Below are positions 50,560 to 62,442 of a stretch of 64,000 bases of DNA, piece by piece. Under the pieces are notes generated by a model, which had not been told where the DNA came from, ran no database searches, and was given only the letters and a program-made list of their open reading frames with translations. A program made the translations under genes and the position numbers. Origin of the DNA: Octopus sinensis. Lineage: Eukaryota. Position 1 is the first letter of the stretch. The number at the start of each line of letters is the position of its first letter. Location of the stretch: positions 18,600,001 through 18,664,000 of the forward strand of contig NC_043003.1 in NCBI RefSeq assembly GCF_006345805.1, in the 5' to 3' direction.

Positions 50560-50890
50560 TGAAACAGGTACTAGATGAGTTGTGCTAGGGGTCTGCATGA
50601 ATAATGGAGCATAGATGAGCCGAGAGGAAGACTGGATAGAAGGAGAATCAAATGTAATGTAGAAGAGTGAATATTACGATGCAAAGGGGTGCGATTAGAG
50701 GATATCAGTTAGATAGAGGGGCACTTAACACTCAAAGGAAATGGAGCCAGTATCAGAGAATCTAGGAAGACAATGGAGAAAGTGGTGAAGAGTGATCTGA
50801 AGACACTCAATCTCATGAAGGAAATACAAGTAGGCAACATGTAGTGCTGGAAGAGGCCCACATACCTGCACAAGCTTAGCAAAAACAGAC
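50560..50890 (+). mobile_element. Decayed RTE ORF2 C-terminal fragment
   Basis: aggaagacaatggagaaagtggtgaagagtgatctgaagacactcaatctc resembles the RPRKT..VVK.DL.TL.L segment of the 36 kb RTE. Confidence 0.55.
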
Positions 50891-53186
50891 ATTAAAATGG
50901 TGGTATTGTTGGGGGTGAGAATGTATAATATCTGCATTTGAGTCTATCATGATCTATATGACATTCCTGTCTGGCATCCATCTGCTATCCCTGCCTCTCC
51001 AAACCTTTTTTATTCAATGCTTATGACCTCTTCTAAAGGGATGCAAGTTGTTTTTGGCAGTCATCTTGGCCCTTTCTGTCTGGCATCACTGATTCAGACC
51101 AGACTTATTTGACGTCAGACACTTTACCTCCAAAACCTTTTAGCACCTCAAACATTCTGTTTATATTCTTCTTGACAATTAATTTGTTACAACTACTGAA
51201 CTACTCAATAACTGAACTTCATTTAGCTTTCTGCTTCACTTTATATATTGATTTGCAAGTGCTAATTAGTTTCAATTAATAAATTGCAATATCTGTCTGT
51301 CTCTCTATCTATCCCTATCTGTTTGTCTGTATGTATGCATGCACATGTGTTTATCACTGTGTGTCTATTTGTCTGTAGAAATGTATGCATGTCTGTATTT
51401 CTTCATGTGTGTGTGTGCCTCTAGTGCCAAAATGTACCGTAACCATAACGGGTTCAATGTCCAGTCAGCCATGCCAAATCACCAGCGTCCAAACAGCTAT
51501 GCCCAATCATCTCATGCTTCTAAAAGACAGACTGCAAAGGATCTAAGTGTATTCATACACCCTACCCATCTCACCCTTCCATACAGCTTGTCATTATTCC
51601 CTCTTCACATGGTTAGTCATTAATGATATTTACCACTCATTCTCACCCCCCCCCCACCACTCTCTCTCCAATCTGCCTTTTTGTTATTCAAAAGGGATCG
51701 CACAATTGAGATAGCCAGGCCTGTCCAAAAGTTAGAATAATCTAACTCCAACTCAGGAATTGAAACTGGCTTACATTCTCAGTTGACTATCAACCTACCA
51801 CTTCACATACGGTGGCACACATTACTAACGTTGAATGCCAGTTAACATTTTTTCTGACAGTAGAGGTAAAAGAAATAAAAACCTCTTCATCATATTATTG
51901 CTTATAGAACAGACAGACATCATAGTTAAAAAAAAAAACCTAAAACAAAACAAAAAAGTTAACCAAAATAATACTAAGCAAGACAAATAGAGACAAGAGT
52001 TTTCTCAAGAATGAAATTAAAAAAACAGAAAACTTACAATGAGATAGACTCAAGTATTGATTATATATACTTTCTTTTTGTAATACCATGACTGGTTTCA
52101 GTCATTTACTTCCTCAATTACTGCAAGTAGTCTGCCGAAAATTGATGTCCAAATATCTGGACGACACCGCATGAAACCATGGTATGAGAATTGCAACAGA
52201 TTCTACACACACAATACTATGAATGAATGAGTATTAAACACACACACACATACACAGATACACTATAGCTGGAGAAAAAAGTTGGCTATGAGCAAGGTAC
52301 CCAAATAACTTCTTTCAAGTTGATGAAGTACTGATTACTTTGATGAGTTGCAAGAAAAAAACCTCAGGTGTCACAGTCAGTAATCACCGTTTCTTTTATT
52401 TATCTTTTTTTTTTATATTTATCAGTTTTGATAAATTGTAAGTATATTCCACTCAAATATGCCACACACTGGTATTGAGTTCCTCATTCAAATTTGGTCT
52501 TTTTTGCAGGACGGAAAGGGTTTCTAATGGTCAAAACTTGCCTATACATACAAATATACACATCTCCAGACACCCCAAGCTACGATTAATCTACTTAAAT
52601 CCCTCATCAATTAACATTCTTGACAAAACCTTCAAAATCATCAATTTAATATCATATTTCCCAAGTGGAGATGAGTTAAGTACACCTGCAATTTAGTATT
52701 CCTCCCAGGGCTTCAATCATGTGGTACAAAGTTTTTAGGTTTGAAGCAGAGTTCCCTAAATCTTCCCCCATCTAATTCCACTACAAGTAACTTAAATGGT
52801 TTTTTTTTTTTTTTTTTTTTTTTCCAGTAAATGTTAAATCCATTCCTCTCAAACACTGCAATCATCAGCTGCTGTTGCCATGGACGCTCAGGTAAACTAA
52901 ACACTTCAACTTAATTAACATCACAGGCGGCATGGATTGAACTTCTTTCCCTCTAATCTGCAGGAAATGGATATGCATTCCAAATCTGGCAATTAGTTAC
53001 ATATGCTGCTTAAAGCGTGTGCATGCTCATATGTGGAAACACCCAGAACACCCCACCCTCATGCATGTGTGTGCATGTATGCAAGTATATATGTGTATTT
53101 GTGTGCATGTATGTATGTGTGCAAGCATATATGTGTGCATCTGTGTATACATATGTATGTGTCTGTGCACATGAACATATGTATGT

Positions 53187-53232
<46 letters not shown>

Positions 53233-53874
53233 AAAGTATGTTACTATTCATCTGCACGGAAATCAATGCAAGTTTCTCGAAGCAAGCACCAGGTATTGTC
53301 AGAGCTTGCACACATCTGACTTATCTGGGTAACTTTTAACTCCTATGAATTTTAAACAAACTATTATCGATTAACAGAAATAAGAGAGAGAGAGAGACCT
53401 TCCTGTCTGATCAATTAAGAAATTTTTTTTCAATTCAATTCCGACAACTAGCCACAAATCAATTTACAAATCGCTTTAATCATTCATAGATGTATCGACG
53501 AATGTCATCATTTATTTTATGCGGAGTTAAACAGATGATAATTTTTCCAGTTTTGTTTTCGTTTCTTTAATTAAATATCGAACACAAGAGTTCAACAACG
53601 GAAACTTAATGAGACGAAAGATAACCGTCTGATTCTGCAAAACATTTTAAGTGACCATGTATTTATTGAATAAACAACTACAACAGCAATAATTATCTGA
53701 AATGGAAAGGAGGGTTTCTGAAGAAAATATTTTGATATTGGCTGCTGTGCATTTGTGCTGTTTTCACAAATAAAAGCAGTCTCTATTTTAATTTGAGCAA
53801 ATGAATTAATTATATTAATCTCTTCCAGGTTTTCACCAAGGAAACTCTGCGTTGTGTTATCATACGTTGTTCTA

Positions 53875-54340
53875 TGCGGGCTTGGCTATGTGATTAAGAA
53901 GATCACTTTGCAGCCACATGGTTTCAGGTTCGGTCCTGCTGCATGGCACCTTGGGCATGTATCTTCTATTGCTCTACACCAACCAATGATTTGCAAATGA
54001 ATTTGGTAAGTGGAAAAGCCTGGAGGTTCACTGTGTGCTTGAGTGTATGTGAGTATGTGTGCATGAGAAAGTGATTCTGATATATATGTATACATGCAGT
54101 TGAGTATTGTGTGTATGTGTGTGTATGCATATACTCCACCACCACCACCACTTGACAGCCAGTATTGATTTGTTTACAGCTTTCTAACTTAGTGGTTCAG
54201 CAAAAGAGAACAATAAAGTACCAGACTTTAAAAGAAAAAATATATACTGGAGTTGATTTGTTTGACTAAATCCTTCAAGATGGTGCCCCAGCATGGCCAC
54301 AGTCTAATGCCTGAAACAAAGCAAAGATGAGAAATAAAAG
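53875..54340 (+). mobile_element. SINE family A
   Basis: Head tggctatgtgattaagaag..ggttcggtcc..caccttgggcatgtatcttctattg; tail gcatggccacagtctaatgcctgaaac. Confidence 0.85.
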
Positions 54341-54994
54341 ATAACCAATCCGCATGAACTAGTGAAATCCTCATTTTGATAGGCTGCAAATTATCCCTAT
54401 CATTATTTTATCATCATTGTTAGTGATTCAATCCCTGGCTACTTTATATCAACAAAGTTATTTTTATAGCAATTAAAGCCATGAGCAATAGCCTGCACTC
54501 AATTCTTAATTTACTTTGGGAGGTGGAAAACAATAACAGAAAAGGCTAAATATCTCAAGGAAATCTCTGGAGAATAAACAGACTTGGCTGCCTGGGTTGG
54601 TACAGCCAATCTAATAAATTAAAACAATGAGAATGAAGTAAAAACTATTAATTGCAAAAACGAGCCTAAGTATATTGTTAAACATTATCTTTCAACTTCA
54701 CTGTCTCATCAAAACAGACCATTATGCTGAAAACTTCCAGCATTGGATATTTCAAAGCACCAGTTGGTGTTTATTTTTCTCGCATGAAATACATTTACTG
54801 CTTCATCTCAGGGTAATGAGTATAATAACATGCGTGAGCACTCCTTGCATTGCAAAGATGAATTACACGAGAAATACTTTCAGTAAATGCCGAGGATATA
54901 AATTCTTTGTAAATTAAGACGGCTTCAGAGAAAGGGCTCAAAAATATAGCAGTATCACAGATTCGGCATGGTTGTTTAATTTATCTTTAACTCT

Positions 54995-55300
54995 TTACCT
55001 GTTTTAGTCATTGGACTACAGCCATGCTGGGGCACCACCTTAAAGGGTTTTAGTTGAACTAAGTGACCCCAGTACTTATTCTTTTTAAACCTATTTTTCT
55101 ATCAGACCTCTTTCGCCAAACCACTAGGTTACGGGAATATAAGCAAACCAACACCAGTTGTCAACTGGTGGTGGAAGGAGGACAAACACGAACAGGCTTC
55201 CACACAGTTTCTGTTTATGAAATTCAGTTAAGGTATTGGTTGGCTTGAGACTATAAAGGAAAACACCTGAAATCACATAATTGCAAAATGATGTTCTTAA
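54995..55300 (-). mobile_element. SINE family A, degenerate
   Basis: cctgttttagtcattggactacagccatgctggggcacc..ccactaggttacggg..ccagttgtcaac. Confidence 0.8.
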
Positions 55301-56199
55301 CCACACAGCAGAGAGAGATATGTAATTTTGGAAAATAAAACGAGTGGAGAATTGGTCACTATAGCTGTGGTAGATTTTCAAACAGAAGAGAAAAATTGGG
55401 AACCAGATAGTAAAACAATTTCAATAGTAAAATAATTGCATATACAAGTGACAGCTTAGCAAGGAACTCAAAAATATTGCATATGAATGTGTATATATAT
55501 ATATATATATATATATCAATTAGGCAAATAGTAAGTGAACCAGTTTTTCAAACAGAAGTAGCAGTCTGCAAAGCCATCTGTTGGCTTGTCATTCAAAAGG
55601 TTAATAGTTTGTATCCAATCAGTGGCACCAAGTTACATTGCACATCTGGTGTACCTAGCCGTAATTACATCACATGTGTAATAGGTATAGATCTTTGTTT
55701 TAGGCAATAGGAATCCTGCATAATTTACCAATACTTCAGTAGCTTACAATACTGAGTTAAATTTACTGCTGAACAAAAAAAAAAAATATACAAAAATCTA
55801 GTAAGCCAACTCAAAGCTAAAGATACCTCTTGGCAGTTTAATATTGTGAAAGCCAGAAATAAACTCTTGCAAACTTTTCCTACGATGTAAGATGCTTCTT
55901 GAAAGTAGGTAACATGCACAACCATTAAATTCAAAGACTCAGCACTTATCAGGTTCGAGTCATTGACCGAACAATACCTGATGGTACTGGATATTCTATT
56001 GTTGTTTTATACTGTTAATTCCTAATGGTAACATTATATGAAATTATGGGAGCTCTGTTACGGAAGTTGTCCTTCTATGTGGTATTCTTGCCTGTAGCTG
56101 AACGGTTTGCTGCTTATAATAAATGGTGGATAAAAGGACTTCATTAGCTGACAATTCCTGAAGTGTGAAATACATTTATGACTGGAAACTGACTCCTTG

Positions 56200-58100
56200 A
56201 AATTAGACAAATTATCACATTTCAGAAGTTGTTATAATCAACTGTGCCATTAATAAGGATCAACTCTCTTGGGTTAAAAGTTAATTCGGTAGAAGCTATC
56301 AATAAATTTATTAGCCAGTTTGAAAGATATATTAGGTTTATGAAGCCAGATGAGAACAGTAAATTGGATTTATTTTGATTAAGTCCAGAAGATAAAACAC
56401 CTGGTTACTACAAGTAAAATAGAGTAACTTCAGATTACGAAAAAAGGAAGCTGATGATGGTACTTGTACAATTCAAGGGCAAAAATATTGTGGCAGCAAA
56501 GTGCCAAAGAACCTTTTTGTTCAGTTAAAGAACAAGACTATTTAATATCTTTGCCAGTTCTCTTAGACAAATATCAAAATATTTGCAAATTTCTAATATT
56601 TGTGCAAGAAACTACGAGACACTTTTTGCTAAGGAAACTGATCGAAAAGCAATTTTCCACAGATGTTGCCTTGTCTCATAAAGCTAGGAAAACCTTTATG
56701 CAGCAGGATGCTGCTTCTGCAGTCCAAATGGTCAGGTTCACTATTGTGAATGGACATAGTTGAGATATCAACTTCGATTCAGGTTGAAACTTGTTCTTGG
56801 AATGAATCAAAAGTCTTACATAGCTCCAAAGACTATCCTGCTGTTGATAGACAATCTTTAAGATAACATGATATTTTGCAAAGATATGTTGTACACCAGT
56901 TGTACCTATAATATCATCCCATCCAACACCTGAGCAGCAATTTGTTCGGGGTTTTGTAAATGAAAGTAGTCAATTAGTTGCTTGCTTATCGACAGCAGTA
57001 GTGAAATATTTTTGATTCTCAAAGATATTTTGAAAATGCTTGGTATTAAATCCTACTCCAAATCACTGATGGGAACCAGCTTAATATAATTGGAAGTAAA
57101 TATCAGCCACCTACACAATTCCAGTCACTTCAGAGAGAATTCAAAAGTAAACTCCCACCTTTAACTGCATCCAATGCACGAAATTATTTGAAATTTAATA
57201 TCCTATTTGACAAACCTTCAAAATCCTCAATATCCACTGGTTTAAGCTTAGAAACTTCAGTGGAAGCAATTCTGATATGTTGCTCCACTCGGAATTGCTC
57301 TTTTGAAGATTATGAATTCATTAAAGTTGGGATTAATAAACTACTGGCTGACATAATATATACAACTTCAAAGTTGTCATTGCATTCTCTAGTTGTTGTG
57401 GTCAATAAAAGTAGTGATAAACAGTGTTTAGTTGTTAACTATGCATCTACAGTTAATAGAGATATGCAGATACATTTATCTCCCTATTCATTCACAATGT
57501 TTCAAGCTTCACAAAAATTGCCATTTCAGTATTGTTGACATTCATGCCTGCCTCCATGGGAACAACATTTTACATCCTTTGATACAAATAACGAATTGTA
57601 TCAATTTATGTGATTGCTTTCTGAAGTGACAAATACGATGAAGTGGTGGTTTTCAGTAGAGGAATGAGGCAAATTATTAAGGACTTGAAATGAGTAGCTC
57701 ATCACTTTGATCCTGGTGTAATATATACAAAGAATAAAAGGATCCATGAGGAAATTTGCAACCTTTTTCAAATGCACCCGAGAAGTAGTGCTCTCATTCA
57801 TCCCTCAAAATGTAAATAATTATTTTTAGGCAATATTTTAGAAAAAACAAAATGCTACTAGACCCTGGTAGACTTCAGTCACTATGTTACCTATGCCTGA
57901 GAATTCCAAAGAACTTGAGCATTTTGTTGGGTTAATTATATACTATTCAAAATTGATAAGAGTTTCATTGAGATTGTAACATCCTTGTCTGAAGTCAAAC
58001 AATGTCAACATTTTCCACTGTCAGTTGAATGTTATTAAGGCAATAAAAAAACTCACAGCAGGTTCATTATCTGTTTCAATACTTGATTCATTACCTGCCT
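56200..58100 (+). mobile_element. Heavily decayed Ty3/Gypsy LTR-retrotransposon gag-pol remnant
   Basis: Protease-like IVNGHS*DINFDSG (~56745-56790). RT N-terminus SFEDYEFIKVGINKLLA..VVVVNK..LVVNY..TVN (ORF 57188-57538). LDPGRLQSL / PENSKELEHFVGLIIYYSK (~57860-57960). Many stops and frameshifts. Confidence 0.75.
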
Positions 58101-58341
58101 ATATCCTCAACGGTTTCTGTCCTAATATAAAATGGGGTGCTAATTTGCTTTTATTGACAAGGATTTTATGATATAGGAAAGAAAATGGTCAGTGTAATGT
58201 TAAAAGGCATTATCACAGACAATTCAGTTGAAAAATATAACATTACTTATTAACATGAAAATTCAAACTTGCTATAAGTCAATAGCTTTCCTATTCGAAA
58301 GCTGATCTAAATCTGCTAAGCTATATCACTGGCATTTTTAG

Positions 58342-58574
58342 AAGGCAACGAGCTGGCAGAAACGTTAGCACGCCAGGCGAAATGCTTAGCAGTATTTTGT
58401 CTGTCGTTACGTTCTGAGTTCAAATTCTGCCAAGGTCGACTTTACCTTTCATACTTTCGGGGTCGATAAATAAAGTACTAGTTTCACACTGGGGTCGATG
58501 TAATCAATTTAATCCCTTTGTCTGTCCTTGTTTGTCCCCTCTATGTTTAGCCCCTTGTGGGCAGTAAAGAAATA
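58342..58574 (+). mobile_element. SINE family B, full length, young
   Basis: aaggcaacgagctggcagaaacgttagcacgcc..gagttcaaattc..ggggtcgat..ccccttgtgggcagtaaagaaata. Confidence 0.93.
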
Positions 58575-58824
58575 TTTATCACTGGAGATTACAGTCCTCA
58601 AAGATCTCAAGAAATATAATATGAAGTGGGAAGAGAGAATTTGACTGAAGCTTCAAGTAGAATTCCAGCAGGTACTATCTAGGATACTGAAAAAAGCGAC
58701 TATGAATGCCATAATCCTGAAACACTAGTAACAAATGATGAGCATTGATGATTAAGCTAATAATACTAACTGCATAAACTGGCACATCCAAAACAAAAAA
58801 AAGAGGTTCACTATTAATGTAGAT

Positions 58825-59074
58825 CAGTGGTTCTCAGCCATCTTTTAATTATGAACCTTCCTTTGATTCCTATTTTACTCAGATGGACCCTCAAATCCAT
58901 TCAATGTTTTAAAAAATCCTATTATATTTTTATAATTATTAAGAATTGTATAAAACATTAAAAAAAATATTTTGTGTATTGCAGAAGTATAACCAGTTAA
59001 TTGGACATAGATTTTTACAACAAAATCTTATGTGAACCTGCAAGGGTCATAATGACCCTGGATGAGAACTACTG
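58825..59074. mobile_element. hAT-superfamily MITE with 8-bp TSD
   Basis: TIRs CAGTGGTTCTCA / TGAGAACTACTG. TSD atgtagat at 58817-58824 and 59075-59082. Confidence 0.92.
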
Positions 59075-59094
59075 ATGTAGATGATACCACCCTT

Positions 59095-59880
59095 CAGTGC
59101 TCCCTAAGCTTCCATCCCCAATCAACCTAAACATCTCTTGCGAAATCTACACTGACTCCAAGAATAGAGGCTTTAAAAACATCTTTATATAAGGTCATGT
59201 CAACCTGGTTTCTTTCAACAGCATGAAGATATTGCACATATCGAGAAGGCATCACACCCCCATCCGCATTAGAGACAAAACAACTCACAAGTTTAAGGTC
59301 ACCTCAAATGCTAGCCCAAAATATCACTGAAGATCTCTGAAGCCAAAGCTGCATCACAAAAGCTAGCTTTCCTCTTCACAGACAGAAAATGCTTCATACC
59401 CCTCATCATCAACAACTAGCTCTCTGCAAAGTTCAGGTGAAACCCACAATGAAAAATTGCTTCTACAGGTGGCGGCGGTGGTGGTGGTGGTGGTGCTGCT
59501 ACACGCATGCACACACACACACACTAGGCTAGATCAAAAGAAAGGCCAATGATTAACATGAAGCTATTCTCCAACCTTTGCACCACAAATGTGTCTCCTC
59601 CTCCACTTATTTCTCTTTTTCTACTACAACAGTGACCTCTGCTACTTGGAGCTAGCTGGTCTTGTGCCACTCCCACTGAGACACTCCTAACCCACTAATG
59701 TCTTTGTTTCTCTTTGCTATTCACACTACCACTGGACCTCACACTAACAACTGCATCATGTACTTCACTCCCAGAAAACGATAGCTCTCTGGAATTCCTT
59801 CTCTGCAGCAGTCAACTTATATCTGTTCAAGAGGAACATTAATTGCATTGATCCCATCGGTCTTTTAAGCCTTGCAAATG
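59095..59880 (+). mobile_element. Decayed 3' end of a CR1/Jockey-superfamily-like LINE
   Basis: Remnants of LVSFN, A.QKL.FLF...K.F, KVQV.PTM..C, LWNSL and N..LFKRNIN. Shares gctgcatcacaaa and tttcaaca motifs with 25005-25660. Confidence 0.75.
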
Positions 59881-61096
59881 CCTGTCAAATCAAGCCCCCC
59901 GCGCCAAACTAAATACAAAAGAAGAAAAGAAAATGCATGCAAGAGAAATCAGGGATAAAAACATGTAAAGCAAACGGAGGAAACTTGTGGAAAATACACA
60001 AGTTGAGGGATGAGGGGAAGTTGACATGGTAAAGTAAACCAAAAAGACAAGGAAAAGAAACAATTCTAGACAAAGTTGGGTAAGTAATGAAATGTTGCAT
60101 GGTGATAATTAGTTCTGTAGACCTGTGAAAATATTACAACAATGATAAGGATGAAGATTTGAAATTTAAAAAAAAAAAAAACAAGCAACAGTGATTCTTA
60201 AAGGCAAAAGAAACATAAAACATAAATATCAGAATATATGGTTAGTTGAAGACATAATAGAGTTAAAGAATGATATTATGGATCAGGCATTTTAAAAGCA
60301 TAGTGTGATTAGATCATGAGCTGTGGCAGAGATTAAAAGCCAAATTTTAATTTAAAAAAAATTTTTTTTTTTTTCTTCAAATTCATCACCAACAATACTT
60401 TTAAGAATATCTCAAATCTTGCTTCTCAACATATATACAGACATACATCCTAAGTAAATCTCAATGAATACATACCTGAACAGAAAAATCAATTAAAATA
60501 CATCTTAATTACAACTGTGCATATATGTATACATATGTAGTAACTGCATTTACATGTGCGGACAAGTCTGCACAGGTATGTTCAAAATGTATCAAAACAT
60601 AATTCAATAATGAACACAGGAACCGCCCCCAAGGCTAAAACTAAATTGAGATAATTTAAAACTTCTGGTTCTTTCCTTTTTCTCAAATTTTTAACATGCC
60701 AAAATGAGAGACAGACAGGCAGACAAGGGAAGAGGAATAGCTGAAGACTAGCACCGGGCACATGTGCATTAACGCACGCATGCACATACACGCAGATTCG
60801 CATATATGTGCGTGTACATCTTTTAGCTCCTGGTACATTTATTTAACACATTAGCTCAACATCCCAAATACAATAATGAATGGAGACATGACGCAAGTGA
60901 GACAAAGAAAAAATAACACAAAAAAAAAGAGAAAAAAACACACAGCAAGCAAGGAAATTAATTCAAAAAAAGATGGAAAAATTTTTAAAAAAAGAGGGAC
61001 ACAATCGATGAATGGTTAAAGAAGGAGTTGTTAATAATGATATTAATACACAACAAAAAATCATAACAAAAAGACAGCAACTAAATAATAGGGGAT

Positions 61097-61159
<63 letters not shown>

Positions 61160-62169
61160 ATATATATACATATATATATACATATATATATATACATACA
61201 TATATATACATATATATATATACATATATATATATACATATATATATATACATATATATGTAAGCCTTGAATATTTTAACTGCACAAGAAATGTTTATTT
61301 TACATTAAATAACATTTTGTACAGACATACATTTATTTGAAGGACATGCAATAACAAAGACACAATTGATATTAGTCAGAAAGAAAAAAAAAAGAAACAT
61401 AATAGAAATCATCTCTCTTTATGTCTCAGTTTTTTTTTTGTTTTTTTGTTTTGTTTTGCCTCATTATTTTTCTTTTTGGGTCTATAATCTATAGTTGTTG
61501 CTGGAATTTGATACATTTCAAACAAAATGGTTTTCAAAGTAAAGCTGCTATGACAAAAATAAACAAAGCAAAACAAAAATCGAAACCAAAATGATGGAAA
61601 AAAAGTGTAAGGAGGAAGTGGAATGACTATTTGAAATAAATGATTTGTCTGGGTTTTATATGTGTATGTATGAGTGTATATGTATGCCTGTATTTTATAT
61701 ATGTATATATACACACACACACACACATATATATATACACATACACAAACACAAATAAATGTGTGTATGTGTGTATATATATGTGTGTATATATATACAT
61801 ATATATATATAAATATATGTGCATGAGTGTTTATATATATGTGCATATGTTTATATACATATATATATATATATATATACACATGTATATATTCCTTGTT
61901 CAGTCTTTACTAGTTCTGTGATATAATCCATTATTCCAAGTGGTATGAGATGAGATGCAGGTTAAAAAGAATTAAAGAAGTTAGGTATTAAATGCTGGAA
62001 ATGAAACCAAACATCTGAGCCTGGTTGATGCTATAGGAAGGATTAATTCCCTGCAAGAATAACTAAGAGAATTTGCTTTCTACTAACTCACTCACCTATT
62101 ACAACTTTATGCCTAAGGTAATGTTAATTTCTGATGTTGGAAAAGCAGGGTTCAATATCGACAACATAC

Positions 62170-62298
62170 CTTAGGATGAAGATCTTTATTATCACCATCT
62201 TGTGTACCCTCCGAGGAGGTTCCCTTAAGGAGTTTACCATCTTCAGTGCTCCCACTTGAATGCCTGGACTTTGCTTGCTGCTCCCGCAGTGTGAACAG
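62170..62298 (-). CDS. PPFIA: Liprin-alpha coding exon (43 aa: LFTLREQQAKSRHSSGSTEDGKLLKGTSSEGTQDGDNKDLHPK)
   Basis: Acceptor ttttttttctatatag, donor AAG|gtatgt, 129 nt, phase 0-0, no stops. Resembles the vertebrate liprin-alpha2 segment (IVALREQ...HEK) that precedes RLSNGS. Not shown in the ORF track. Confidence 0.85.
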
Positions 62299-62400
62299 CT
62301 ATATAGAAAAAAAAATTGTTTTTCTTCAGTGTCTGTTGTGTGTTGGAGCGCTTAGACTTCTGTACAAAACCTTGCTTTCGGCAGGCACCTTGGCCATTAC

Positions 62401-62442
62401 CTCGTTGCTGGATTGCAAGATTTCATAAGACAATAAATCCAT
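62401..62442 (-). CDS. Candidate alternative first coding exon (MDLLSYEILQSSNE)
   Basis: ATG-initiated 14 codons ending GAG|gtaatg. A 102-nt GT-AG intron joins it in frame to exon 62170-62298. There is an in-frame TAA upstream of the ATG. Confidence 0.3.

Noticed and set aside
52800-52990. Plus-strand T24-ccag acceptor, gccATGG and cag|gtaaac; also an RFX-like half site ccatggcaac and a possible poly(A)-tailed retro-sequence on the minus strand
   Set aside because: It would encode only MDAQEMDMHSKSGN*. There are no partner exons, no TSD, and only half of the X-box matches.
59884-59940. GC-rich 27-nt segment after a strong minus-strand acceptor, considered as a microexon
   Set aside because: No GT donor, stops follow quickly in all frames on read-through, and it abuts the 3' end of a LINE remnant.
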